From: an uncultured Gammaproteobacteria bacterium
GTDB taxonomy: Bacteria > Patescibacteriota > Patescibacteriia > UBA9934 > CAZDDW01
Assembly (NCBI GenBank): GCA_964504365.1
Contig: CAZDDW010000002.1
Coordinates: 53,246 to 117,245 of the forward strand
Length of the DNA stretch: 64,000 bases
Direction of reading: 5' to 3'
The notes below the pieces were generated by a model. It was not told where the DNA came from and made no database searches. It saw only the letters and a list, made by a program, of their open reading frames with translations. Made by a program: the position numbers and the translations under genes. Position 1 is the stretch's first letter. The number at the start of each line of letters is the position of its first letter. Below, in pieces: positions 40,104 to 49,752 of this stretch.

Positions 40104-41393
40104 ATGAAATATCTTGAAACTGATTTTAAGAACATGATGCAGACCAGGGTTGGGTCGCGTGGAGCAACACAGAAAGAGCTAAAGAGTGTTGAAAACAAAT
40201 TAAAAAAGGCTCACAAGAAACTGACTCAGTTGCGAGAAACTGCTCAGCAAGGTTTTATGGATTTGCCATATGAAGCAGTAACAGTACGGCTGGTTAATAA
40301 ATTGGCTAAAGATGTAAAAAAGAATTTTGATAATTTGATTGTTGTTGGTGTTGGTGGAGCAGATCTTGGTACCAGAGTAATAAATGGTGCACTTGGTCAC
40401 ACTGGTGATGGGGTAAATTTATATTTTGCAGGCTCAAACACAGATCCTGATACACTATCAGCCCTGCTAGCAGAAGTTGATCTCAAAAAAACAGCTATAA
40501 ACGTAGTTTCAAAATCTGGATCAACCATGGAAACCATGTCTACATTCTTGATCTTGCGCGAAGCATTGATCAAAAAGGTTGGCAAAAAGAAACACACAAC
40601 ACACATTTATGTAACCACGGACATATCTAAAGGTACATTGCAATCAATAGCTGAAGGGGAAGGGTATACAATTATTCCACACCCTTTAAATGTTGGTGGC
40701 CGTTTCTCAGTTCTATCAACTGTTGGCTTGTTTCCAGCGGCCTGTGCTGGGATTTCAACTGCAAAAATATTAAGAGGTGCGCGCCAGATCGAAGATGAAC
40801 ATCGGGGTAGGGGACATCGGTCAAATGCAGCCAAATTTGCTGCTTTGCTTTATCTTGGCTACAAAAAACGTGGACAGCACATACATGTTTGCATGCCATA
40901 TGCTGACGGGTTGGAAGATTTTGGATTTTGGTTCTGCCAACTTTGGGCTGAATCACTAGGGAAGTCTGATGAAGTTGGACCAACTCCGATCGCCGCGCTC
41001 GGTGCCACAGATCAGCATTCAGAGTTACAACTGTATCTTGAAGGTCCGCCAAACAAAATTATTTCGTTGATAAAAGTGAAAAAGTTTGAAACCGACATGG
41101 TTGTTCCAAAGACATTTAAAAAATACGATGCCTTGAATTATTTCTCAGGTAAAAAAGTAAGTGTCTTGAACCATGCTGAGCTCGAGGCCACAGCGAAAGC
41201 TCTGACAAAGACTGATACGCCAAATACATTACTAACAATTCCGAAAATCAGTCCTGAAAGTTTGGGTGCACTATTCATGTTTTTTGAACTCGCCTGTGCT
41301 TACGCTGGTGAGTTATTCGGGGTCGATACCTACAACCAACCTGGAGTAAAACTTGAAAAGGACACAGCAAAGCGAATTTTAAGCTCAAAATAA
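40104..41393 (+). CDS. pgi: Glucose-6-phosphate isomerase (divergent)
   Basis: SKSGSTMET, VGGRFSV, QLWAESLGK, GATDQHS. Confidence 0.88.
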   Translation: MKYLETDFKNMMQTRVGSRGATQKELKSVENKLKKAHKKLTQLRETAQQGFMDLPYEAVTVRLVNKLAKDVKKNFDNLIVVGVGGADLGTRVINGALGHTGDGVNLYFAGSNTDPDTLSALLAEVDLKKTAINVVSKSGSTMETMSTFLILREALIKKVGKKKHTTHIYVTTDISKGTLQSIAEGEGYTIIPHPLNVGGRFSVLSTVGLFPAACAGISTAKILRGARQIEDEHRGRGHRSNAAKFAALLYLGYKKRGQHIHVCMPYADGLEDFGFWFCQLWAESLGKSDEVGPTPIAALGATDQHSELQLYLEGPPNKIISLIKVKKFETDMVVPKTFKKYDALNYFSGKKVSVLNHAELEATAKALTKTDTPNTLLTIPKISPESLGALFMFFELACAYAGELFGVDTYNQPGVKLEKDTAKRILSSK

Positions 41394-41409
41394 GGTCCTG
41401 TTCAGTGCC

Positions 41410-41438
41410 TTGACCTTATTTTGTTTTATTGCTATAAT
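41410..41438 (+). promoter_or_regulatory. Near-consensus extended sigma70 promoter
   Basis: TTGACC-17-TATAAT with TG extension. Confidence 0.8.
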
Positions 41439-41488
41439 ACAGGCGGTCTCTGAAAAGGCCGCTTAAGATTCTTAAGAATACCAAGGCT

Positions 41489-41674
41489 ATGTTTGACGAC
41501 TTCACACCAGCAGCTGATGATGCAGCTCCAGCAGATGATGCTGCACCTGCAACAGACGACGCTGCTACAGAAGAGGCTGCTCCTGAAGCACCAGCTGAGG
41601 AAGCTGCTGCTCCTACAGAGGAAGCTGCTGCTCCTGCTGAGGAAACTCCTGCAGAGGAGGCTCCAGCTGCATAA
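41489..41674 (+). CDS. 61-aa acidic Ala/Pro/Glu/Asp low-complexity peptide
   Basis: Own promoter and terminator (~41709-41735); biased GCT/GCA/GAG codons. Confidence 0.7.
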   Translation: MFDDFTPAADDAAPADDAAPATDDAATEEAAPEAPAEEAAAPTEEAAAPAEETPAEEAPAA

Positions 41675-42045
41675 GCAAGTCATCTCATAGGGCCTAGAGC
41701 CCGTTCAAAGAGTGTCACTTTATGTGACGCTTTTTGATTTAAAAAAGTGTAATATGTTTTACGACACATCAACATTAAAAAGCAACGTGGGGTAGAGAGG
41801 GACAAAAAGAAACAGTTACATCAGGTACCAAGTTACCTGTTTTTTCTTAAAACGTGTTACAACAAGTCAAAGTAGATTTAAAAACAACAAATATAAAAAA
41901 CACGAAATCGAAAACGGCTCTGTAACGATTTCACAGGTATCAAGACACCTATAGAATATATGTAAATTTAGAAATAAAACGCAGATAAACAAACAGCGGG
42001 GACCAAGCCACATTTTACGTACACAAACACGTATAACAGGCTGTT

Positions 42046-42137
42046 TGTGTCGTAACAATGTGGCTAATGTTAGACCGACACATAACCTTATGCCTTAAGC
42101 TTGGTTATGTGTCGTCTAACATATATTGTGCGACACA
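42046..42137. repeat. ~90-bp imperfect inverted repeat with CGACACA motifs
   Basis: atgttagac(c)gacacataacc ... ggttatgtgtcgtctaacat, outer arms tgtgtcg/cgacaca. Confidence 0.85.
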
Positions 42138-42329
42138 CTATCTCGCTTAAATATACGATCCCCTACGTATTTCTTTTAACTTTTCATTACAAACAAATTG
42201 TTGCTTTTTATTTATCATTAATGCACTTATCTTGTTTCTTGAAAAGCAAACACGAATCAAAAAGAGGGTGCTTTTAACACCCTCCCTATTCTGAGCTCCT
42301 CTATCCCCCACTCTATGTGTCGCAAAACA

Positions 42330-42542
42330 TTATATGGTCAGTGGCATAAATAAATATCGAATGGCCAACATGACAGCACCGGCGATCATAACTCCAATCC
42401 CAACATTAATTAACGTGCTTACCGTTTGATCTTCTCTCTTCAAGTCCTTCATCATCATCACAGTTAAAAAAATAAATAGGATTCCTGGAAACAAGAAAAA
42501 AATAAATCCAAAAATGGTTAGCAACATGGCTATCTCTTCCAT
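42330..42542 (-). CDS. Small 2-TM membrane protein
   Basis: Starts 1 nt after the upstream stop; two hydrophobic helices. Confidence 0.7.
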   Translation of the reverse strand: MEEIAMLLTIFGFIFFLFPGILFIFLTVMMMKDLKREDQTVSTLINVGIGVMIAGAVMLAIRYLFMPLTI

Positions 42543-42543
42543 A

Positions 42544-43761
42544 TTAATAGTCTACTAAATAATTTAATGGGTTAACTGGAATACCGTTTAAACGGACTTC
42601 AAAATGAAGATGAGGTCCAGTTGAAAGACCGGCTCCTGAAGTTCCTGGCATTCCACCTGATAATGCAATTGTTTCTCCTCGCGAAATAAATTGATCAGCC
42701 GAGACCATTGGTTTTGACAAGTGAGCGTATAACGTGGCTATTCCATTCGTATGAATTACCATGATGTAATTCCCATAAAGCCGCCCTTGCTTAACCCAAG
42801 CTACGTATCCTGGGGCTGGGGCCGTGATTGGGGTCCCTTGCATTTGAGGAATATCGATACCTGAGTGCTCAAACAAATGACGGAATGGATAGGTTGGATC
42901 ATGATAATAGGCCGAGATACCACGATAATTTGGATCTAACGGCCAAGACAAAATCGTTGCGTCTCCATAGATATCAGAATCAAGAATCTTGTTCTCGATT
43001 TCGTTTTGCAGTGCTCCGATCTGCTGTTCAATATACTGTTCCTCCTGACTAAGTTCGTACAACAAAGAAGCAAACTGCGCTTCTGAGTAATTCACCTCAG
43101 CCACCAAAACCTCCTTGGCACTGACCTCGTTTTCAAGCAACATTATTTCCCTTTCTAGTTCTTCTTCTAAATCCACCAATCGCAACAAATTCTCTTCTTT
43201 AACAGTCTGCTGCTCTTCTAAACGATCCCGCATCCCTTTTGTATCATCTAGGGTCGCAGCCAAATCGCTGTTCACCTCTTCAAGATAACGCAACTGATCA
43301 AATAACTCAGAAAAGGAATCGGTTCCAAAAACCAACTCCAATAAACTATTTTCATCATATTGGTTCATGCGTCGTAAAATCGAGGCCAACAACTCTTTCT
43401 GTACTTCCAACTTTGCCTCAAGATCAAGGACCTCGGCTTCGATGGCATAAATTTCAAGCTCGGTTGTTTCCACTTCTAATTCTGTTGCTTCGATATCCAA
43501 ACCTGTTTTAGCAATTCTATTTTCTAAAATCGCAACCTCTGTTTCTAAAGAAATCGATTCAGCCTGCTTAGCGCTTATCTGCTCTTGATACGACTCAATC
43601 CGCCGATTTATCTGATCCAAATGAACTTTCTTTTCCTCAATCACCTCACTCAGCTCATTGACCTTCTCTGTTGTACCCTCCTCAGCAAAAACAAACTGCA
43701 TTGATCCCATTGGTAGGATCAATCCAGTTAAAATAACAAGCTGTATTAGTTTTTGTTTCAT
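42544..43761 (-). CDS. Coiled-coil M23 peptidase (EnvC/CwlO-like)
   Basis: Signal peptide, long coiled coil, HSGID, YAHL, STGPHLHFEVR. Confidence 0.9.
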   Translation of the reverse strand: MKQKLIQLVILTGLILPMGSMQFVFAEEGTTEKVNELSEVIEEKKVHLDQINRRIESYQEQISAKQAESISLETEVAILENRIAKTGLDIEATELEVETTELEIYAIEAEVLDLEAKLEVQKELLASILRRMNQYDENSLLELVFGTDSFSELFDQLRYLEEVNSDLAATLDDTKGMRDRLEEQQTVKEENLLRLVDLEEELEREIMLLENEVSAKEVLVAEVNYSEAQFASLLYELSQEEQYIEQQIGALQNEIENKILDSDIYGDATILSWPLDPNYRGISAYYHDPTYPFRHLFEHSGIDIPQMQGTPITAPAPGYVAWVKQGRLYGNYIMVIHTNGIATLYAHLSKPMVSADQFISRGETIALSGGMPGTSGAGLSTGPHLHFEVRLNGIPVNPLNYLVDY

Positions 43762-45227
43762 TTAAGCGCTGTAAGAGCGTTTTTTAGACGTTTGAGCGTC
43801 TGTTCCCTCCCAAATACCCAAGCCAACTCAAATGGCCCAGGCGAAGCTTTCTGTCCGCTTAATGCAACACGCATAGGCCAGAGAACATTACCATTCGCTA
43901 GCCCCTTACTATCAATATACCCTTTTATCGCCTTCTCGACCAGTTCAACCGAGGCAAAATCCCCTTCTTCAAGTGATTCAATCAATTCAATCACACCCTT
44001 AAGATTTTGCACCGCATCATTTTTGTCTGCTTTTTTCCAAATCAAGATCTCAGGGTCCTCAAGCTTTAAATCTTCAACATACATATCAACCATATCAACG
44101 ACCTCATCCAGACGAACCATACGTTCTTGTTCAATTGACACTATCTTTTTCAACACCTCGGAATCAACACTCTTCCCTGCTCTTTCCAAAAACGGCTGAC
44201 ACAATTCAACTAACTGCTCAACACTTTTTTGACGAATATAATGCCCGTTCATCCAGTTCAACTTATCGATATCAAAAACCGCGCCTGAAGCGTTAACCTT
44301 TGAGAGGTCAAACAACTGAATCAATTCATCAAGTTCGTAAATTTCTTGATCTCCTTTTGGATTATATCCAAGCAAGGCCATGAAGTTCAACAGTGCTTCT
44401 GGTAAGTAACCCTTAGCCAAATAATCCTCTGCAGCAACATCACCCTGGCGTTTGGACAATTTTGACTTGTCTGGATTCAACACCATTGGCAAATGGGCAA
44501 ACACTGGCAATTCCCATCCGAACATCTGGTACAGCATGACGTGTTTCGGTGTTGAGCTAATCCATTCCTCTGCACGAATAATGTGAGAAATCTGCATCAA
44601 ATAATCATCAACAACAACTGCCAAATGATATGTTGGAAATCCATCCGACTTCATCAACACCTGATCATCAACCTCAGAATTATCGATTGTAACAGCACCA
44701 CGGACAACATCCTTAAAAGTTGTCTTCCCTTCTGGAACTTTCATGCGCACAACAAAAGCTTCACCAGCATCAACTTTCTTCTGAACCTCATCATCTGTTA
44801 GATCGCAACAATGCCGATCATACTTGGTTGGCATCTTTGCAATCTGTTGCTGCTTACGCATTTCATCCAAACGTTCCTTGGTACAAAAACAACGATATGC
44901 ATGGCCTTGCTCAAGAAGCTGATCTACATGCTGCTGATACAGCTCACTTCGCTCAGATTGAATATACGGCCCAAGATCACCACGCTGAACAATTTTATCT
45001 CCATCCAAAAACACACCCTCGTCGTAATCAACACCAAAGGTCTTTAAAATATTAACCAAATTCTCCATCGCACCCTCTACAAACCGCTCACGGTCAGTAT
45101 CTTCGATACGCAAAACCATTTGCCCTCCCTGATTTTTTGCGAATAAATAAGCATAAAGAGCACTTCGAAGGTTTCCAAGATGCAGATATCCTGTTGGCGA
45201 TGGTGCAAAACGAGTTCTTACTTTCAT
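43758..45227 (-). CDS. gltX: Glutamate--tRNA ligase
   Basis: RFAPSPTGYLHLG, LRIEDTD, KLSKR. Confidence 0.97.
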   Translation of the reverse strand: MKVRTRFAPSPTGYLHLGNLRSALYAYLFAKNQGGQMVLRIEDTDRERFVEGAMENLVNILKTFGVDYDEGVFLDGDKIVQRGDLGPYIQSERSELYQQHVDQLLEQGHAYRCFCTKERLDEMRKQQQIAKMPTKYDRHCCDLTDDEVQKKVDAGEAFVVRMKVPEGKTTFKDVVRGAVTIDNSEVDDQVLMKSDGFPTYHLAVVVDDYLMQISHIIRAEEWISSTPKHVMLYQMFGWELPVFAHLPMVLNPDKSKLSKRQGDVAAEDYLAKGYLPEALLNFMALLGYNPKGDQEIYELDELIQLFDLSKVNASGAVFDIDKLNWMNGHYIRQKSVEQLVELCQPFLERAGKSVDSEVLKKIVSIEQERMVRLDEVVDMVDMYVEDLKLEDPEILIWKKADKNDAVQNLKGVIELIESLEEGDFASVELVEKAIKGYIDSKGLANGNVLWPMRVALSGQKASPGPFELAWVFGREQTLKRLKNALTALK

Positions 45228-45970
45228 ACTGGCCTTATTTTACTCTTAATTACCAAATATGGGAAGACCACGACCGCGGTCCAGATGCGCTTGATCCGAC
45301 TTGGTTGTTTGATCAAACGGTAAAACCACTCTAAGCCCAAGCGGCGCATCAGACGCGGTGCGCGAGGCACATTGCCAGATAAGTAGTCAAAAGCACCTCC
45401 AATACCAGCGGCAACGCGTACGCTTGGCAAATGTTTTAGAAACGAAATGATCCAGCGCTCCTGTTTTCCATGCCCAAGAGCCACGAGTAAGACAGCGGGT
45501 TGAAAATTGATTATATCCCGTGGCACAGCTGGATTCATACTCCATTCCCCGTCCTTGAAAAATATCGGTCCGCCTGCATTTGCTCGAATCTTCAAAGTAG
45601 GATACTTGTCTTTTAGGATCGCTGCTGCTTTTTCGGCAGACTGATCAGATCCTCCGAGCAGAAACATTGACTGACTACGCTCAGCACAAATCTGAGCCAA
45701 CATCTGCATCAGATCGTTCCCAGTAATCCGTGGCAATGCTTCGTCACCCTGAAAGCGAGCAGCGAACTGTAGTCCCACCCCGTCGCAAATAGCCAGGTCT
45801 GCCTCGTTGATTATTGCCAAAAAGTCCTCTTGTTTCTGCGCAGCAACCACAAATTCCGGATTCGGCGTAACCACATAATGCTGTCGATCAGAATCCAAAT
45901 AAGACCGCAACGCCTCGATTACGCCCTTTTTGTCAATATTGCTGATTTTTACCCCAAGTATCTTAGTCAT
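45224..45970 (-). CDS. WecB/TagA/CpsF glycosyltransferase
   Basis: VTPNPE, DGVG, RITGND, KQERW, RAP...GLEW. Confidence 0.92.
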   Translation of the reverse strand: MTKILGVKISNIDKKGVIEALRSYLDSDRQHYVVTPNPEFVVAAQKQEDFLAIINEADLAICDGVGLQFAARFQGDEALPRITGNDLMQMLAQICAERSQSMFLLGGSDQSAEKAAAILKDKYPTLKIRANAGGPIFFKDGEWSMNPAVPRDIINFQPAVLLVALGHGKQERWIISFLKHLPSVRVAAGIGGAFDYLSGNVPRAPRLMRRLGLEWFYRLIKQPSRIKRIWTAVVVFPYLVIKSKIRPV

Positions 45971-46032
45971 AAGCTTAAGTATACAAAAAACCGTCCAATA
46001 GGTCGAATCTACTGGACGGCCAATGTTCTTTA

Positions 46033-46647
46033 TTATTCGACAACATCTTCAACCAGCTCTTCAACGTCAGGATTATCAATTGAAACTGTTGTGTCATCAG
46101 TAACACTGTCAGCACCTGCATCTTCTGTTTCTGTAACCGCTTCTTCAACTTCCTCAGCCATCACCTCTAACAACTCGATTGTCCAAAGTGTTGCACCACC
46201 AACTTCTGTGGTTTCAACTTTTCCAATACGAAGCGTTGCTTCTCCGGCAAATTCTAGACTCTCTTCATAATCAAGTAAATCAGCACTTGTTCCTAAGCAG
46301 TAATGTTCTAGGTCTCCGCCAGTGGCTTCAGGCAGCTTTGTTACCTCCTCTTCACTTAAATCTAGAAGTACGCAACCAAGATGAAAATCATAAGTATACT
46401 TGGCCTCTAGCATTTGCTGACCACCATAAACCATTCCAGTACTTGATTCTTCGTCACCATCAAACACGCGTGGTGTTCCTTCATCATAACCAAGAGCAAA
46501 AACAGGCTCTTCGATAGAATCTTCTTGAACGTCAGAAGCCTCATCAGCTTCTTGCTTATCAAGCTCCTCAACCTCCAAAGTTGAAACACACCCAGCACCG
46601 ACCAAGGCAAATGCGGCCACCAGGGCTAAAAGAGAAATCTTTCTCAT
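46033..46647 (-). CDS. Acidic lipoprotein
   Basis: Lipobox-like LVGAGC after a hydrophobic signal. Confidence 0.75.
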   Translation of the reverse strand: MRKISLLALVAAFALVGAGCVSTLEVEELDKQEADEASDVQEDSIEEPVFALGYDEGTPRVFDGDEESSTGMVYGGQQMLEAKYTYDFHLGCVLLDLSEEEVTKLPEATGGDLEHYCLGTSADLLDYEESLEFAGEATLRIGKVETTEVGGATLWTIELLEVMAEEVEEAVTETEDAGADSVTDDTTVSIDNPDVEELVEDVVE

Positions 46648-46648
46648 A

Positions 46649-47884
46649 TTATTTTGTCTTTAAAATTTTATATAATTTATCACCGTGGCGCACGCGCTCA
46701 TCCACCTTAAAAGTAAGCACCTCGCCTTGCTTAGCCACTGTAACTGGTTTTTCATCAACGATCAAGTTCTTGGCACAGGTTCTATACACACCAGTATTTT
46801 TGCCTAAAAATACGACTTCTGTTCCCTCTTCAAGCTCTGATGCCTGGACTGTAACCTCAGCCACAGAAATCTTTGGATAAAACTTTGTAACTGGCCCAAC
46901 GAATTCTTTTGTCTCGCTTGCTTGAGATCCGTATGAACCACACCAGTATTTGAAAGCCTTGCCACGATAGAATCCATCAGACAGTCCGCGATGATACACG
47001 GTACCCAGCTCTTTATTCCAGCGATCAATCTTTTCTTTTGAATATGTACCATCTGCGATCGATTCCAGTGCCTCGCGGTAAGTTCGGACAACACGGTCGA
47101 CATAGTCAGCAGCACGACCACGTCCTTCGATCTTTAAGCAAACCACACCAGACTTCACGATTTCATCGAGCAAACCGATTGTACACAGATCCTCTGGACT
47201 CATAACAAATTCGTTATCGATCTTCATCGCTTTACCTGTTTGTGGATCAGATACTTGATATGCACGTCGACATGGCTGAAAACACATGCCACGATTCGCA
47301 GAAGTGTTATGACAGTAAAGGCTCATGCCGCAACGACCAGACACTGACACACACATTGCACCATGAATAAATATCTCGATCTCAATCAAACGTCCAGATG
47401 GTCCACGAACGTCTTGCTTCTTGATCTCATCAACGATCTCACGAATCTGTTCTAAAGTTAACTCACGGGCCAAAACCATTCGATCTGCCCATTGCGAGAA
47501 AAACTTAACAGCTTCGATATTCGAGATCGAATGCTGGGTAGACATGTGCACCTCAACACCAACAGATCGCGCGTACTCAATCACACTTGGGTCAAAACAA
47601 ATCACAGCGTCGATCTTTGCCTTTTTCACTGCATCAATTACCTGTTTGATCTTCTCAAGCTCATCCCCGTAAACCAAAACATTGAGTGCTAAATAGCACT
47701 TCACATTAGCCTCGTGACACTGCTTAGCAATATCTACCAGATCATCAACAGTAAACTTCTGCGCGGTGTTCGCCCGCATATTCAACTCAGCCACACCAAA
47801 ATAAACCGCATCAGCTCCTGCCTTAATTGCAGCGGTTAAAGACGCTTGAGACCCAGCCGGGGCCAATAGTTCAGGTAATTTCAT
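46649..47884 (-). CDS. Peptidase U32-family (tRNA/rRNA hydroxylation) protein
   Basis: PELLAPAG, GADAVY, HGAMCVSVSGRC, NRGMCFQPCR, LKIEGR; start 47884. Confidence 0.92.
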   Translation of the reverse strand: MKLPELLAPAGSQASLTAAIKAGADAVYFGVAELNMRANTAQKFTVDDLVDIAKQCHEANVKCYLALNVLVYGDELEKIKQVIDAVKKAKIDAVICFDPSVIEYARSVGVEVHMSTQHSISNIEAVKFFSQWADRMVLARELTLEQIREIVDEIKKQDVRGPSGRLIEIEIFIHGAMCVSVSGRCGMSLYCHNTSANRGMCFQPCRRAYQVSDPQTGKAMKIDNEFVMSPEDLCTIGLLDEIVKSGVVCLKIEGRGRAADYVDRVVRTYREALESIADGTYSKEKIDRWNKELGTVYHRGLSDGFYRGKAFKYWCGSYGSQASETKEFVGPVTKFYPKISVAEVTVQASELEEGTEVVFLGKNTGVYRTCAKNLIVDEKPVTVAKQGEVLTFKVDERVRHGDKLYKILKTK

Positions 47885-47963
47885 AGATAAGAATAATACA
47901 TCAGACTGCCTGTTTGGACAAGAAACACACTGACCCGAACAAAAACACACACTCTCAACACTC

Positions 47964-47999
47964 GACTCAATAAATAACCGATCGGTTAGTTAGTGAAGT
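47964..47999. repeat. Imperfect palindrome flanking PaaX/Cas2-like gene (copy 1)
   Basis: Centre ccga|tcgg; ccgatcggttagttagtgaa (47978-47997) identical to 48600-48619. Confidence 0.85.
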
Positions 48000-48009
48000 G
48001 CACTTAATT

Positions 48010-48561
48010 TTATTCTTCGGCTAAATAAACTTTGACCCAATCTTCAGCGTCTATTTCTTTAACTAAGGCGCGTAGATCGTTGACAACATCTTTTTTACTA
48101 CGCCACAGACTAAGATGAACAATCTCGAACTCGGCCTCTTTGAGCAAGTTCCTAATCACCCAACGAATATTTCTCACATGTTCTGGAATATCATACGAGA
48201 CCAAACAACACTTACCTTTAGATAATTCCTTTTTGGTGTCGATCACCTTCTGTTTTAAAACTTCGATCCGACCGCGGTCAGTCAATGAAACCAGGATCTT
48301 ATCGCCCTTGTCATCTAATTTAATTAACTCCTGTTCCACTAAACGTTTCTGTGCCTGCAGTTTTGCTTTTCTTTCCAGGCGCCTAGCTTGAATATTGGCT
48401 CCTCGCATCTGTCCCCTGACCAAACCGTAAGCTCCGCTCAACATATTTTTCTCTATTTGCGACGGCTGATCAAGCAAGTGTAATTTCCGATTCAATTCCC
48501 CGAGTTCATTTCTAGTTTTTGATCTTTTATATGTTGTTCTTCTCTTTTGCTCTTCAGACAT
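48010..48561 (-). CDS. PaaX-like wHTH protein with Cas2-like C-terminal domain
   Basis: RL.EQELI...VSLTDRGR wing; LVSYDIPE...R..L...F...HLSLW ferredoxin-like motif. Confidence 0.8.
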   Translation of the reverse strand: MSEEQKRRTTYKRSKTRNELGELNRKLHLLDQPSQIEKNMLSGAYGLVRGQMRGANIQARRLERKAKLQAQKRLVEQELIKLDDKGDKILVSLTDRGRIEVLKQKVIDTKKELSKGKCCLVSYDIPEHVRNIRWVIRNLLKEAEFEIVHLSLWRSKKDVVNDLRALVKEIDAEDWVKVYLAEE

Positions 48562-48584
48562 ACAAAAATATCATATCACAGATC

Positions 48585-48622
48585 TGATTCACTAGATAGC
48601 CGATCGGTTAGTTAGTGAATCA
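48585..48622. repeat. 38-bp imperfect palindrome flanking PaaX/Cas2-like gene (copy 2)
   Basis: tgattcactagatagccga|tcggttagttagtgaatca, 16/19 paired. Confidence 0.88.
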
Positions 48623-48690
48623 TTGTATTTTGTGTCTTGGGTTTAATCTCTGTATATATTTCCACAAGTGATAAAGAAAAAAGGCCAGGA

Positions 48691-49080
48691 TCAAGTCCTG
48701 GCCGGAGAAGTCCGAACCCGGGCACGGTGCCGATCGCTGAAGTGTTCAGCAATCTTGCGCACCCAGAACCAGTTGTCAGTTTGTGTACCGTCTTGAAGGA
48801 AGGCCCTATTGCCTTCAAAGAGCAAGTGCCCATGCTCGGCACAGAATTCCACCAGCTCGGTCAGCATGGCCATACCCGGCTCATTGGCCCTAATCGTGAA
48901 AGCGTCGACAAGCACTGCCTCGTCGGTTGGCAAACTCTCCAGCCGTCCGTTCCAGCGCTGGAAATCGAACTCGGCCTGCACTCGGTGCATGGCCGCGCAG
49001 ACCCGTGAGGATCGCTCACCCAAGTTGATCACGTAGCCGGTGTAAAAAATCTTGACTTTGGTTTTTTTGTCGTCGCTCAT
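48691..49080 (-). CDS. GC-rich orphan protein
   Basis: SD ggggg, upstream TTGACA-17-TAAAAC promoter. Confidence 0.7.
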   Translation of the reverse strand: MSDDKKTKVKIFYTGYVINLGERSSRVCAAMHRVQAEFDFQRWNGRLESLPTDEAVLVDAFTIRANEPGMAMLTELVEFCAEHGHLLFEGNRAFLQDGTQTDNWFWVRKIAEHFSDRHRARVRTSPART

Positions 49081-49176
49081 TTAATCCCCCTAAAAGAACC
49101 AGTTTTGGTTTTACCATTAATAAACGCGCCTGTCAACCCATGTTGCAATATGCTAAACTGGATCAGAGGAGGAGTC

Positions 49177-49671
49177 ATGGTAACAACCACTAAACGAGAA
49201 GCTGTACGAGAATCTCTCGGGCCTCTGGAACGTGCTCAACAAGCGAAGCAGGAACAACTTGCTCGTGTAAGAGCAGTATACGGTAAAGACGTTTCACATA
49301 TGGCCGAAGCGGCGGCAACAGATGTGTGGTACACGGCACTACTGAAGTTGAAGATGGTTGGTCCGTTCAGACGGATTGTGTTCGATGCTCTGAGGAGAAA
49401 CGATCCAAGACCAACAAAGGTTGTGGTCACAGGCAATTTCGGTGATGTGGTGATCACGTTATCTGATGACGAAGTTCGTTTCCAATACTACGGCGACCTG
49501 GAATTCCTCAAGCTTTCGTTCTTTCAAAAGACCTACCTACACAAACCAGGTCCTGAACGACCCTTGCGGATCGACTTCTCGGTTCCGGTCAAACCGTATC
49601 TTGACACAATCCATGACAACGATTTCGGTCGCGCCATGGACAGACTCAACAGCGGACACTGTCCTATCTAG
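49177..49671 (+). CDS. Orphan protein
   Basis: SD gaggagg + ATG 49177; terminator accagctc...gagctggtttttt. Confidence 0.7.
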   Translation: MVTTTKREAVRESLGPLERAQQAKQEQLARVRAVYGKDVSHMAEAAATDVWYTALLKLKMVGPFRRIVFDALRRNDPRPTKVVVTGNFGDVVITLSDDEVRFQYYGDLEFLKLSFFQKTYLHKPGPERPLRIDFSVPVKPYLDTIHDNDFGRAMDRLNSGHCPI

Positions 49672-49713
49672 CTACCAGCTCACCTGAGCTGGTTTTTTCT
49701 TGACTCAATCCCG

Positions 49714-49740
49714 TTAGCACTCTATAATACAGAGTGCTAA
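49714..49740 (+). promoter_or_regulatory. CIRCE element (HrcA operator) overlapping the clpB promoter
   Basis: TTAGCACTC-tataataca-GAGTGCTAA; TTGACT at 49700 lies 17 nt before TATAAT. Confidence 0.95.
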
Positions 49741-49752
49741 TTTAAGCCTATT

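Noticed and set aside
41432-41690. Alternative ORFs 41432-41683 (-) and 41493-41690 (+)
   Set aside because: Frame and strand shadows of the low-complexity acidic peptide
48010-48561. CRISPR-Cas locus (Cas2-like domain)
   Set aside because: No cas1 or other cas genes and no repeat-spacer array; the N-terminal wHTH indicates a PaaX-like protein
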